From: Pristiophorus japonicus
Taxonomy: Eukaryota
Direction of reading: 5' to 3'
Assembly: GCF_044704955.1 (NCBI RefSeq)
Contig: NC_091987.1
Coordinates: forward strand, 186,992,001 to 187,056,000
Length of the DNA stretch: 64,000 nucleotides
In this document: piece by piece, positions 1-13,503 of the stretch
Numbering within the stretch: position 1 is the first letter of the stretch
Layout: every line of letters begins with the position of its first letter
Position numbers and translations under genes: made by a program
Notes under the pieces: model-generated
Database searches by the model: none
Told to the model about the DNA's origin: nothing
Seen by the model: only the letters and a program-made list of their open reading frames with translations

Positions 1-1239
1 GCGACAGCCCCTTTAATCCCATGTGCTTCAATTTTGCTAACAAGTCTATTATGTGGTACTTTATAAAATGCCTTTTAAAAGTCCATATACACAGCATCAA
101 CCATACTAACCTCATCAACCCTCTCTGTTACTTCATCAACTAAGCCAATCAAGTTAGGTAAACACGATTTGCCTTAAAAAAATGTAATGTCTCTAAATAT
201 TTTCCCACCACTGACATTGGGCCGACTGGCCTATAGTTGTCAGGTTTATCCCTCTTTTTTTGACCAAGGGTGTAACATTTGCAATCCTTCAGTCCCCTAT
301 CTAATGAGGATTGGAAGATTGTGGCCAGAGCCTCTGCAATTTGCACCCTGACTTCTCTCAGCATGCTAGGATGAATCCCATCTGAACTGGCTTTCCTACT
401 TTGAGTGCTGCCAACCTTTTTTAAGTACATCTTTTGTATCCATTTATATACTATCAATTTCTTCTATTACCTCCTCCTTTACTGTGGCATTGGCAGCATC
501 GTAATTAGTGAAGACAGATGCAAAGTAATCATCTCGTACCTCAGCCATGCCCTCTGCCTCCATAAGAAGATCTTTTTGGTCCAGAATCAGCTCCACCATT
601 CTTTTTGACTATGCTTTTACTATTTATATGTTTATTAAAGACTTTTGGGTTTCCTTTTATGTTACCCGCTAATCTATTTTCATATACTCTTTGCCCTTCT
701 TATTTCTGTTGTAAGTTGTCTCCCGTACTTTGTTTTCAGTTCGGTTATCTATTGAATTTTGAACCCAACATTTATCATAAGTCTCCTTTTACTGTTTCCT
801 TTTAATTTCTATATCTTTAGTCATCCTGGGAGCACTATGTTTGGATGCCCTTCCTTTTCCCAAACTACCCCTCTTTAAAGGCCTCCCGATGCTCTTTTGC
901 TGCTTTACCTTTCAATCCTTGATTCCAATTCACCTGGGCTACATCTCTTTTCCAACTCACTGAAATTGGCCCTCCTCCAGTTGAATATTTTCATCTGATT
1001 TTTCCTTTTCCTTTTCCACAACGATTCTAAAATGAATTGCTCTCCCACTGAAACATGATCCACTTGCCTGACTTCATTATGTAGAATTAGATCCAGCACT
1101 GCTTTCTTCCTCATTGGGCTGAAACACACTTATCAAGAAAGTTCTCTTGTACATATTTCAGGAATACCTCCCCTCTTTGCACTTTACACATTTTCTTCCC
1201 AATCAATATTAGGATATTTAGAAATCAAAAATATAATGA

Positions 1240-1915
1240 ATACATGGATTTCAAAAGGGAATGTCTTGCCTAATTAATCTCATTAAATTCTTTGAAGAGG
1301 TAATGGAGAGAGTAGATGAGGGTTATGCATTATATGTACTATATCTAGATTTCCAATGTCCTTTGATAAGATGCCACATAACCGACTAATGAATAAGGTC
1401 AGAGCATGCGGAGTCAGGGGATAATTAGCAGAATGGAAAGCTAGCTGACTGAAGGACAGAAAGCAGAGCAGATGGGTAAAGGGCAGCTATTCAGAGTGGC
1501 AGAAGATGGGAATTGGGGTCCCAAAAGTATTAATGCTGGGACCACTGTTGTACACAATTTATATTAACGATTTAACTTTTGGAATCATAAACACAATTTC
1601 TAAATTTGTGGACACCACCAGATGGTCAACACTAAGGAGGACTGCAACAAATTACAAGAAGACATTAATAAACTTAAAGAATGGGCATTTACATTTTCAA
1701 ATAGATTGCAACTTAAATAAGTGTGAGGTGTTATATTTTGGTAAGAAAAATAAGGAGGTCAAATATTACTTGGAAAATAAGAATCTAAATGGGGTAGAGG
1801 AGAAAAGGGATCTGGGAATACAAATACACAAATCACTAAAAGTTGTGGTGCAGGTCAATAAGGCCATAACAAATGCAAACCAAGCACTAGGATATATTTC
1901 TAGAGAGACAGAATT
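1240..1915 (+). mobile_element. CR1 LINE RT fragment nested in opposite orientation
   Basis: GVPKVLMLGPLLYTIYINDL...SKFVD and EKRDLGIQIHKSLK (ORF 1506-2021). Confidence 0.8.
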
Positions 1916-1934
1916 TGTGAAATTTGCTCCACTA

Positions 1935-2275
1935 CAGGTTGAACCTCTCTTATCCAGAACCCTCGGGACCTGGCCTGTTCTGGATAAGGGATTTTTCCGG
2001 ACGAGGGATGGTCACGTTTAACTGGATGCTACAGGTACTGAGCAAGGGGATATCAGGGCTGGCTGGCTTGGGGCTTTGAGTGCGGCAGAGAGATAATGGT
2101 GGGGTGGGGCGGTGGAGTGCAGGGTCAGGCCAGTGATTGCGGGAGTCGGCTGTGAGGAAGTACTTCAATTTGTTCATGTCGGAGTTCTGCGCATGCGCCA
2201 CCCGGTGGCCGGGAATGGTTCTGGACAAGGGCTGGTTCCAGATAAGGGAGTTCTGGATAAGGGAGGTTCAACCTG
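1935..2275. mobile_element. Tc1/mariner-pogo (Tigger-like) MITE
   Basis: TIRs CAGGTTGAACCTCTCTTATCCAGAAC / GTTCTGGATAAGGGAGGTTCAACCTG; TA on both flanks; removing it rejoins the CR1 reading GMEIVEQI. Confidence 0.9.
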
Positions 2276-4291
2276 TATCTCCATCCCATTATTTGGTGGC
2301 CCATAGTATACAACCAGCAGCGTAATGGCACCTCTATTGTTCCTTAATTTTAACCATATAGATTCAGTCTTTGAGCCCATCATCCTTTTCTAGTACTGTA
2401 ACAGTATCTTTGACCAATACTGCCATCCCGCCCCTCCTTTTTTCCCCATCCCTAGCTTTCCTGAATACATTACAGCTAATGAGGCGAAAAATATTAATTA
2501 ATGAATATTTTCCACAGTTGTATTTGGATTTAATTCTATAAATTTAATTATTGAAATTAAATTAAATAGAGAAGATTCATTTTAAGATCAAATAGACAGC
2601 TTGAAGAATCTCATTTTTGGAATTCAGAATTCCCTATTACTAATTGACCTGCTATGGAGTGCATCAGAGTGAATTACTGTACTACTAAACATTTTTTGTT
2701 TTATTTGAAATCGTAAACAAAACATAAATAAAAATTCATAAAAACTTTATTTAAATAAGTGACAATTGATAATTGCTGACATCTATTCATTCTTGCCTTT
2801 TTTTATAAACAGACTATTAAAGCATTCTTTAGCTTTATACTGGTTTAATCATTAATGGATGATTAATGAGGCACACGGAACAATACAAAATAGTAAGAGA
2901 TCAATTTCCATCACCTGAGGTGTACTGCTTCTGAATTAAAAACAAACTTGTTTTATAAATTGAGCAGCTTGGGACTTAAATAAGCCATGTGTCTCAGTTC
3001 AGCCTGAATGAAAGCATTAGTAATAATAAACAAACAGCAACAATCTGCTAAATAAATTTGAAACTAACTGTCTGTCCAGTTACAGTGATATTTTATATCT
3101 GGAATGACTAAACTGACTTCAACTGAATATGTTCATGAGACATTGTGCCATATGAACAGAGTAGTCCAACCAAGACATCAGCTGTTTCTAGTAAGTTAAT
3201 ACATTCACTATTGCAAACCAATGAAATTTCAGGGTTAGAGTAGAATTTTTAACCTAATACGTAGTGATAAATCCTTTTTCACTCAGTTTATCCCAGTTTA
3301 ATCAGACTGCAGTTTCTTCAGCATCCTGCCACTTTTCTATTGACACTTTCCTGGTGCTATGTCCCTCTGGCACTGTGACCCCTATCTAACTGCCTGGAAA
3401 AAAATCTTCATCAGCACTTGACTGCACTATCCCTACCTCAAATCTGCAATCAATATTACATCACCAGTCCTTCAGTAGAGTAGCTAATGATTTTGGCATA
3501 TTGACTAATCTGTGTCTACAACACATTTTTGTTTTTAACTTTGTTGCAGGCAGTTCAATTCCACCTTGGAACGCTTGAGATAAGTTCTGTTTCCTCTTTT
3601 TTTCCGCAATTTTCTTTCTGCCTTCTAAACTTTTTGAAGGGAAAAGGATGAGTATCTAACTAACACCACATTGTAACTGTGAAGAGCTGTATAGTTTTGT
3701 TGTTTTGGGCAACACAATCAGTAATTTCGACCTGACCTCCCTCGGCCTTCTGAGGCTGAGAGGGAAGCCAAGGGATTGAATTGAATTGTTCCCACATCTC
3801 CTCCCATTTCCCTGCCAGAAAGTGTGCTTCTCAGGTGTAACTCTCACTCGCTGGATTTCCCTGCTCCCAGTAGATGGAGATGCCAGGGTGCTTGTTTTCT
3901 ATTAGGTCCCTCTCAAAGAAATATGTCTTAATTTGAGAACCTGTTATCACCACTCCATTACTGTAATTCTCTATCCCTATATCGATTCTGTTTTTCTTTT
4001 CAATCTTTCTTACTTTTCCATTTAAACAGCTTCTATTTACCTTTCTTGATGAATCTCTAGTTTTCTTGCCAAACAAATGTAATTTGATATGGGAAAATGA
4101 AGAGTTCAGCATCCCCACCCCTTTCAAGCTTTAGAGTTCAAACATAATTTAACTATAAATCTCACTGATCAGTGAGTACAAGGGAGTTTGTATTGCTGTC
4201 CCTACTTGCTTTATGATTGGCTGTTGGTAGCCATTGTTTTAAAACTGCTGCTCCATTTTGCATTCCCAATTCAATGAAGGCTCCAGAATCA

Positions 4292-4548
4292 ATCCTCATC
4301 ATAGGCAGTCCCTTGAAATCGAGGAAGACTTGCTTCCACTCTAAAAGTGAGTTCTCAGGTGGCTGTCCAGTCCAATGCAGGAATTACAGTCTCGATCACA
4401 GGTGGGGCAGACTGTGGTTGAAGGAAAGGGTGGGTGCTGTATATGGTTTGCCGCATGCTCCTTCCGCTGTCTGTGCTTGATTTCTGCATGTTCTCGGCGA
4501 CGAGACTCGAGGTGCTCAGCGCCCTCCCGGATGCTCTTCCTCCATTTT
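4292..4548 (-). mobile_element. RTE-clade LINE 3' fragment
   Basis: C-terminal zinc finger CPTCDRDCNSCIGLDSHLRTHF*; same 3' UTR and (ATG)n tail as the copies at 33182 and 34208. Confidence 0.8.
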
Positions 4549-4607
4549 GGAATCAACCAATTGGTGATCAGACACATATAAAGAAAGAAAAGGTCATAAA
4601 AAACAAA

Positions 4608-5216
4608 GAAGCCGATTTTCATCAAAGTCTCCGCCCGCCAGAGTGCCTCCGAGGTACTAGACGGTACTTTGGGCAGGATATTCATCGCCGAGGACGCTCG
4701 AAGGTCGGCGGGCAGTAAATGGATGACATATGCCTCCAATCTGGGCTGCAGCGGGCGGGGGGGGTCTCATTCTCGGCAGCAGAGCCGGGCACACGGAAGG
4801 TCAAAGACCTGAAAAAAAAAATGAACATTAAATCATAAAAAAACTATCCGAAGACCTTCAGGGGACCCCATCTAGGTAGTCGCTGTTGAATTAAAAAAAA
4901 AATTTCGCGTAACTTTTTTTCAGGTTCTTCCTACTTACCATCGGGGATAGACCAGCCTCCAGCCAGCAGTCCACCCCCGTTCTGCCATCAAGTCCCGCTG
5001 ACTCCCACCCGCAGGAATATGGGAGCTCGGCGGGCGGGAGCTCAGTTGTGCCGCTCGGCCGTCCGCTGACGTCAGCGGGCGGTTCTTGGCGGCTCTCTCC
5101 TCCCACCTGCTCCAGGCCACCTCCAAAGTGGCACTGGGCGGATCTTGCCGAGGAATGTCGGTGGCAGTGGGTGGCAGTCAGCGGCACCGGGCAGTCAGTT
5201 GATGAATTTCGGCCCC
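4608..5216. mobile_element. Harbinger-type MITE
   Basis: Imperfect TIRs GAAGCCGATTTTCATC / GATGAATTTCGGCCCC; 3-bp AAA on both sides. Confidence 0.7.
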
Positions 5217-6203
5217 AAAGACCTTTTTCTATCAGATACATTGTAAACAATAAGCCAATCTTTTCAACTCTGAATGTCTGAGTTAATTCCTGGGGCAGCT
5301 TCAGTTGCTGTCAGACCCAACTGGGAAAACAAAAGGTACATTTGAGCCAAACAAGGCTCTATTATAGCTGGTTGGATAAGTGCAGCTGAAAACCAGGAAC
5401 GTAACCCTCATTATTAATTTCCAACCACACAAACCAATTAACAGCACTTCACTGCAGCAGTGTGGTATTACAAAACAGTAACTCAATGTATATAATACAT
5501 TCAGCATTGTTTACTTCATTGATAAACTTGTAATTAATGCAGTGCATAATCCCACTTATGCAACATTTTAAACTGTGGTGAGCTCATCATACATTGCTAA
5601 TTTCTCGATTACTGAACTTTAGAAACTTCTCCCCACTTCATTAATATTGTATTTTTATGTATATTTATATTTTAAATGTCTAAGGGCCTGCTTTAGAGTG
5701 AGTCAGCTGGACAGTTTATACCACTTTATCCTGGTCATGCTGCATGTCTGCCATTATATTGGTTTTAAAATCAGCCCTGTCTGACCTTCAGTGTGCTTGA
5801 ATCATTTGTTACCTCGTAAACCTGATTCTCCAGGTTGTATACTAGTGCAGATTCGGTCATATAACGGCATCAACTATAATGTGGAATCCATACTGAATCC
5901 CTGAACAATAATTTCTCCTCTACCTTCCCCCCAATGTGACTATGGCATGTGCCCCTACCATCACTCTCTGTCCCGCTGATGCAGGGCTGTTACAATTTTA
6001 AATTTAAAAAAAAAATGCCCATGCATCATGTAGAATAAATGAAACAGCATTTCTGTGTGGAGCTACCCAGATGAAGACATGCAATTTCACCATACAAGAC
6101 CTTTAGTCTCTTTTGTACAATGAACTATTGATTAAACTAATTAGAGGTAGAAAGTAGGGTTTCCTGAGATAGTGAATACCTAGTAATACAAACCTTCAAA
6201 GCC

Positions 6204-6480
6204 GTGCAAGAACACAAGCTATCTATTTCTGCAACTTCCTCCAGTCTTATATCCACTCGAGCATTCTTTCGATCTCCCACTCTAGCCTTTCATGCATCTC
6301 CCTCTCCATTTCCACCAGCATTGGTGGCAGAATACCCTACTTTCTTGAACTCCTTCCCTAAACCTGCCCACCTCTCCTCTCTCTCTCTCTCTAACTTGAA
6401 AAATCATTGCAAAATCCATAATTTTGACCAACCTTATGGCCACTTCTCCACACCTTTGCTTTATTCCATGTCAATTTCCT
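6204..6480 (+). mobile_element. Degenerate L2-like LINE 3' end
   Basis: RAF...NSFPKP...KIHNFDQPYGH resembles the L2 ORF2 C-terminus (KTYLFDQAFG). Confidence 0.4.
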
Positions 6481-7551
6481 CTCTCATTCTGGGTTTGAAA
6501 TCTGTGGGAGAGTTTCAAGTTGCCTCATGCATCTGGCACCTTGCCCAAATGGCCATTATTTATAATGAATCATCATGCTAAGTGTTGTCAGACAGTTTGA
6601 CTGTATTCAGCATCATAGATGAGAAGGATCTTGTCCTCACCTGCTGTCCGGCCATGAATACTTTCAACAGGGTTCACTTTGTAGTGATTAAGAGCATGAA
6701 TTCTGGCTTTCAATTCTCATCCCCATGCTCCCAATATGTTTGGCTGCTGGAGAATTTTAGTACCCCTAATATTGACTTGTCTAAAATCAACTATGCCAAC
6801 TTGGAACAGGAATCAAACCCAGGTTCCTCTAAGCATGTAGAACTCAAACTCTAAATATTAAAGCATTAAAATGATTTCACCAAATATTTAAAGATGCAAT
6901 TTGATTTCAACTGTAATCGGTGAAATAATACTGATGCCTTATTATCATGCAGTTCCTTACACATGTTTGGCTCTAGTCCTGTGAAGTGGACTTGTGAACA
7001 AGTAAGCTGCAAGCATGAATGATTTCCAGAGGACACCTAACAAATCCAAGCGAATATAGTATGATGAAATTTCTACATTTCCATCACATCATAATTCTGA
7101 TAAATTATAATTTAAGTGTTCAACTTTTAACACAAATGCAATTCCTATATTTTCATTCTTCAGGACAGTTCAGCACATTTGTTTACACTTATGCTTTGTC
7201 TTTCACCAATTCTGATTGTTTTGCTTTCATTCAAAGTTGCAACATGAATAGTTAAATAGGCTCTGACATATATGCTGTCATATTTTTCAAAAATAGTTAA
7301 TTGAAAACCAGCTAAAAGTTGAATTCTAATTACTATACACTGCTTTTGTAGAGTCGTAGTTGAAATGAAGAAACATTTACCCATCTCTATTAAAAGTTGT
7401 CCACTGAATCGTCCTACATGATGGAGTTCATAAATACAAAATATGTGTTTCATTCTCTTTGTAATATTGGCAAACGGAATTGGCTACAGTTTCTACTCCA
7501 TAGTTATTGATTTAATCTAAGAACAAGTGACCAGCTTTCCAACTGTAACAC

Positions 7552-7807
7552 AGAAACATAGAAAATAGGTGCAGGAGTAGGCCATTCGGCCCTTCGAGCC
7601 TGCACCGCCATTCAATGAGTTCATGGCTGAACATGCAACCTCAGTACCCCATTCCTGCTTTCTTGCCATACCACTTGATCCCCCTAGTAGCAAGGACTAT
7701 ATCTAACTCCTTTTTGAATATATTTAGTGAATTGGCCTCAACAACTTTCTGTGGTAGAGAATTCCACAGGTTCACCACTCTCTGGGTGAAGAAGTTTCTC
7801 CTCATCT
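7552..7807 (-). mobile_element. Young CR1 3' fragment
   Basis: Close reverse-complement match to 22220-22480; (TTTCTATG)n tail. Confidence 0.9.
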
Positions 7808-8850
7808 TTTTAGGCTAGAACTTTCTGCCCATTCACAGTCGTTCATAATCAATGAAAATCCCCAGCTTATCCTCAAATTGCAGGCTTTCTCTCAAGGTTA
7901 AAGAAAATATGTTCAGCTTTAGTGTAGAGCTTTTTCTCATTTCAAGAGGCTAGTGCTTATGCAGTACTGAATTGTTTGTTGTCTCACCCCTTGAGTTCGC
8001 TTGTTGTCTTACCCCTTGAGTTTGCTTTTTAAATTGTATCATTTTAGAGTGCACACCTCAATTAGTGCTCTAGTTTTTGAAGCCCTTGGGCTGAAATCTC
8101 AAATTTGACAGATGTTGAAGCAATCTCATGCAAAACAACTTATTTTTTCTTCCCCATCTGCTTGACTTCCATTAGCTTACTGCCCTTAGTACTTGATGGC
8201 TATTTGCTTTGAATGTACTGGAAATATTTCTAGCAGGAGTGCTAATTTTTTTTGTCCTTGACCGTATTGTCTCTGAGTTCTGTAGTATTGTATTGGTTTT
8301 GGAGTAAACTGCAAAAAAAAATTATATACGTTGTAACTTGACTTTAACAAACACTGGGGAGCCAGTTAGCACACTATCCTTTTGAATTCATTCCAATCTG
8401 TTGGAATGTAAATCTCCTTTCTGTTGGCTGTAAGAATTACATATAAAAACAAGTTGAGCAATCCAGCCTAGTTCCTTCTGGACAGAATATTAACTATAAT
8501 TATACACAAATAGCCATTTTACTCACAGGCAATGTGAATAGAGAACAGTTGCAGGAAATGGGAAAAAAATCTTGTACATTGATGAGGGGGACGATATGAG
8601 GTTTGTGTTTTAGTGAATTCTGGGAGCAGAGTTCAGGGAACTTTTCTCCTTATTTTGGCCAGTGGATGAGGCATGCATGTTGCTACTGCTTTGATCCCAA
8701 AATTTTGAAAGTGTTCTATCCCTCCATGTTGCTCAACTTCCTCGGTAGCTATTTATTGTTTGCAGAAATTGGGCAGCAGTGCAGCGATCTGCTTCTTGGA
8801 AAAAAAACTCCATGTTATAAAATTCCCAAGAGGTTCAATGAATCTCTTGG

Positions 8851-9955
8851 GAATCATAGAATCATAGAAATTTACAGTACGTAAGGAGGCCATTTCGGTC
8901 CATCGTGTCCGTGCCGGCCAACAAGCGGCTATCCAGCCTAATCTCACTTTCCAGCTCTTGGTCTATTGCCTTATAGGTTACGGCACTTCAAGTGCACATC
9001 CAAGTACTTTTTAAATGTGGTGAGTGTTTCTGCCTCTACCACTCTTTCAGGCAGTAAGTTCCAGACTCCCACAATCCTCTGGGTGAAGAAATTCCCCCTC
9101 AAATCCTCTCTAAACCTTCTACCAATTACTTTAAATTTATGCCCCTTGGTTGTTGACCCCTCTGCTAAGGGAAATAGGCCCTTTCTATTCACTATATTTA
9201 GGCCCCTCATAATTTTATACGCCTCAATGAGGTCTCCCCTCAGTCTCCTCTGTTCCAAGGAAAACAAATCCAGCCTATCCAATCTGTCCTTATAGCTAAG
9301 ATTCACCACTCCCGGCAACATCTTCTCCAGTGCAATCACGTCCTTCCTGTAATGTGGTGACCAGAACTGCATACAGTACTCTAGCTGTGGCCTAACCAGT
9401 GTTTTATACAGTTCAAGCATAACCCACCTGCTCTTGTATTCTAGGCCTCGGCTAATAAAGGCAAGCATTCCGTATGCCTTCTTAACCACCTTATCTACCT
9501 GGCCTACTACCTTCAGGGATCTGTGGACATGCACTCCCTTTGTTCCTCTACACTTCTCAATGCCCTACCATTTAATGTGTATTCCGTTTCCTTGTTAGCC
9601 CTCCCCAAATGCATTACCTCACACTTCTCTGGATTAAATTCCATTTGCCACTGTTCTACCACCTGACCAGTTGATTGATATCTTCCTGCAGTCTATAGCT
9701 TTCTTCTTCATTATCAACCACACAGTCCATTTTAGTATCATCTGCAAACTTCTTTTCATTGATGTATACCACAAGTCTCGATCATTGATGTAAAACACAA
9801 AAAGCAAGGGACCTAGTACTGAGCTCTGCGGAACTCCACTGGAAACAGCCTTCCAGTCATAAAAATACCTATCAACCATTACCTTCTGCTTCCTGTCTTT
9901 GAGCCAATTTTGGATCCAACTCGCCACTTTGCCCTGGATCCCGTGGGCTTTTACT
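8851..9955 (-). mobile_element. CR1 LINE 3' fragment (second family, TTCTATGA tail)
   Basis: ORFs 8971-9534 (LVRPQLEYCMQFWSP...RRLRGDLIE) and 9634-10023 (SGVPQSSVLGPLLF). Confidence 0.9.
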
Positions 9956-10562
9956 GTCTGAGCACTTTCTAATCTTGGCTTTACATCTAAGTAGTGTGAT
10001 AATGCACTCAGTGCGATATCCAAGTGATGAGACAGTTTCCCAGAGTGGATTCTGCATCATTTAGCTTCAGTGTATTCAGTATTCAGTTCAAGGTCTGGCT
10101 TCAGAGTTTGATTGCCACCTTCGAATCGATGCATGCCTGAAAATGTGTTGATTCTATTTGAAAGTGGCAGTTATATAGCCTGAATTGTATATTTCACAAT
10201 CCTCCATTTAGAAACCTGGTGAAATATCTTTCAAGTGCTTTTATCATCTCACAGTGGCTCTTTAAGATTAACTTTTTCCTCCTGGATGAAACCATTCCAC
10301 TCTCATTTACTGAAGTGTAGAATTTATTGCACTCTTTGAACTATGTATGGTAAATTGCCATCATCCTACAGTGACACTATCCTTTGAAGAGATTTGTTCC
10401 TTGCTTGTATTATTGCAGAGGGATTACAATGTGGAAGCCAAACGGTCTGTATTTACAACAGTTTTAACCACAGTATGTGATAATGCATCATGTTCTTTTT
10501 ACAGTTACTACTTAGATTGCAGCTTATGATTCAGCTCACTGAAAATTCATGTTAGCCATTTT

Positions 10563-10760
10563 ACATAGAATTACAGCACAGAAACAGGCCATTCAGCTCA
10601 ACAGGTCTATGTTGGTGTTTATGCTCCAAATGAGCTCCTCCCACCCTTCTTCATCTAACCCCATCAATATAGCCTCCTATTCCTTTCTCATTCGTGTTTA
10701 TCTATCTTCCTGTTAAATGCATCTATGCTAGTCCCTCAACTACTCCCTGTGGTTCCACAT
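10563..10760 (-). mobile_element. Short old CR1 3' fragment
   Basis: CR1-type 3' UTR hairpin region (ACAGAAACAGGCCATTCAGC) with tail. Confidence 0.55.
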
Positions 10761-11646
10761 AGACCAGCTCGAGACAGTGAAGTTCCACTGGAGTGCTCAG
10801 TCAATGCCTGACCAATTTTATCATCTACTTGACCACATTGAATCCTTCATGTAACTGGCACAGATTGCTGCTTTCACATTAACTGACTGCTTTTATAATG
10901 GGGAATTATCAAAGCAAGCGTACTTTATTCTGGATTCATTCATTTTATATATTTCCGGGTGATTTATTATTTCATTCTTGTATCGAGGTGAGAATGTCAG
11001 GGATTATTTTCCCCTTCATACTCTGTTACCATCATGCAACCCCAGATTGGCCATCTGTACAAAGTTCCCTATACTCTGCCACAACACTCTGGCTTAATCC
11101 CAGCCACAAATGACCCCCAGCAGAGCACCCATGTGAATGTTTCCACCTGCCACATCTGTTCTCCCTATGGACTCGATTATAGGCAGCTCGGTATTGCAGA
11201 TCTATGGATAACTTGGTTGGAGCTATCCACACTCATCTCCTTTAGGATCTTTGCAGCCAATAGACAACAAAGACTTTCATACCAGCAGCCTGGATTAGAT
11301 ACTTAACCTCTGTCCCAGAAGGTACAATGGTCTACTAGGTGTCTAATTGAACACCTCACAAGAAACACTGATTTAAAAACAAACTCTACACACACAGACA
11401 CACCAGTTGCTCATTCAAAATTTAAACTGCATTCATAGATTCTATTTTAAGTTATTGCCCAGCTTTGGTGGCAGAAACAGTTCGTTTCGAGTCTCATGAA
11501 AGATGCAAGTTAAATCTGAAAAAAAAACTTATATTTTGCTTAAAGTTTCAGTGAGAATCTTATGAATCTATGTCTTGCAAGTTTGGGCTAGACTTTCCAC
11601 TTCACATCGCCCATCCATGGCACAAAACGGACCTCTATTGCCCATT

Positions 11647-11722
11647 TGTTGAATGGCGGAGCAGGCTCGAGGGGCTAGATGGCCTACTCCTGTTCCTAAT
11701 TCTTATGTTCTTATGTTCTTAT
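11647..11722 (+). mobile_element. CR1 3' UTR tip inserted in the Harbinger left end
   Basis: GAATGGCGGAGCAGGCTCGAGGGGC...(TTCTTATG)n; same family as 43310-43436. Confidence 0.8.
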
Positions 11723-12244
11723 GTATTTTGAGCAAAAAGTGGACACTCGGCCCAAAATATCGCCAGAAAAACAGGTGCTTAATTTTCCACTTTGATCTCC
11801 GAAATGATATCCCACACAAGGCCCATCCCAAGTTTCAGCACCTAGCATGCACTTTGCTGGGTCGATGCAAGGCCCAAAAGAGTGCTGAGAAATAGGTGCT
11901 TTTTCTGGGCCTAAGAGAAGGATAATGGGCACTATGGACGCCATTTTGAACTTCAGAGGCAGGGTGGAAGATTAGTTGTGAGTTATTTAGAGAGTTAATG
12001 TAAAGATAATTGTACTCAGAATATTGGGACAGGGAATATAAATAGGTATTATCAAGTTATTTTTGGAAAAAAGCTTTTATATATTGAAATTATTTTGTAA
12101 ATACCTTTACATAGTGAAGTTATTTACTGATATTGTTGGGGCCTATCAAACTGACTGGTATACAGCGTAGAGAGTGCAGAGTACAGTGATTAGATATTGT
12201 TGAGAGATTATTAAAATTAGTGAAAGTAATTATTGATAGTGATT

Positions 12245-12846
12245 ATGGGGCTTGTGCTTTCCCTGCCTTTAATTGCAACTGCTCACACACTGGTTACTGA
12301 AAGGATCAGTCGAAGAGGTGGCACAATAATGCGTAGATGGAGACGAAGCCAGAGGAGGAGACCATATAGCCAACGAAGGTACTAGGAAAAGCTATCTTAC
12401 TTGAACTTGTCTGAAAATGCTTGTCTTAGGAAGCTGTGATTCCGGAAGGAGGTCATCGATGAGATATGTCAACTCGTCAAGGGTGATCTGCAGCCTTCCA
12501 GCACCATCAGAACCGTACTGTCCGTTGAGGTGAAAATTACTGCTGCCCTAGCCTTCTACGCATCGGGATCTTTTCAGGCTTCAGCTGTTGACATCTGCCA
12601 TATCTCTCAGCACGCTACACACTGCTGCATTTGACAGGTGACTGAAGCTCTTTACGTTCTTGGGGGGACTTCATAAGCTTCACAATGACCAGGGAGGCAC
12701 AGACCGAAAGGACTTTAGGTTTCTCGAGAATAGCAGACTTCCCCAAGGTGCAGAGAGCAATAGACTGTACGCACATTGCCCTCAAAGCACCCTTAAAGAA
12801 CGCGGAGGTCTTTCGTAACAGAAAGGGGTTCCACTCGCTAAATGTG
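12245..12846 (+). pseudogene. Harbinger (HARBI1-like) DDE transposase, N-terminal half
   Basis: Translates to LSVEVKITAALAFYASGSFQ...FPKVQRAIDCTHIALKAP...FRNRKGFHSLNV; in-frame stops and a frameshift; deleted after the first catalytic Asp region. Confidence 0.9.
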
Positions 12847-13503
12847 GATATTCAAATGTTGATTTACAGTTAGGGTTCATCAAAAGTTTCATTTGCGTGG
12901 GGTTTCCTTGATGTCTTGCCTGCATTGGCCTATCATCCGAATTTATGCTTAGTTTAAATAAATATTAAAGTTTAAGTAAAGTACTGGTATAGTAAAAGAA
13001 TAAACAAATTGGATTAACAACTGTAAAGTTGATAACTAATGTAACTAAGAGAGAAGACACAAAATTTGTTGAAATAAATAAAAAATTTTATTAACAAAGA
13101 TAAAAAATGAATTTTAATAAACTTTAATAAACTTTTAAACTATACCCTCCGCCCAACCCCCCGCCCCTCGCACCAACCCACCCTTCCCTCAAATCTCCAA
13201 AACGTTAACAATTAACAATGAATAAAGTAAGAACAATTGAACTTTGAACATTTAGCATTGAATATTGAACGAACAAACATTCGGAAACACTCCCCCTCCC
13301 TACCTGAGGCCACGTTTCCCTCTAGGTCCAGTCCTACCCTGTGTTCGTACACCACCCGCCCGTTTTGGTCTTCGCAGACCGACACCAAGACGTTGTGCAG
13401 TGTGGGACGGCAAGACTTCCTGCCGTGGTGGAGGTGATGGAACGGAAGCAGAAGCCTGAAGCTCCACTTCCGAGTCAGGAGGAACTGTGTCCTCCGTACT
13501 CGC

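Larger units (their letters stand above)
1..2470 (-). mobile_element. Old CR1 LINE ORF2 remnant (endonuclease to RT), interrupted by a + strand CR1 fragment and a pogo MITE
   Basis: Minus-strand peptides DGIHPSMLREV...NYRPVGPMSVVGK (149-457), AVLDLILHNE (905-1129) and TESIWLKLRNNRGAITLLVVYYGPPN (2174-2383) are CR1 ORF2 motifs; many frameshifts. Confidence 0.85.

Noticed and set aside
7975-8026. 25-bp tandem duplication (similar 18-bp duplication at ~32587-32621)
   Set aside because: Ordinary replication-slippage duplications
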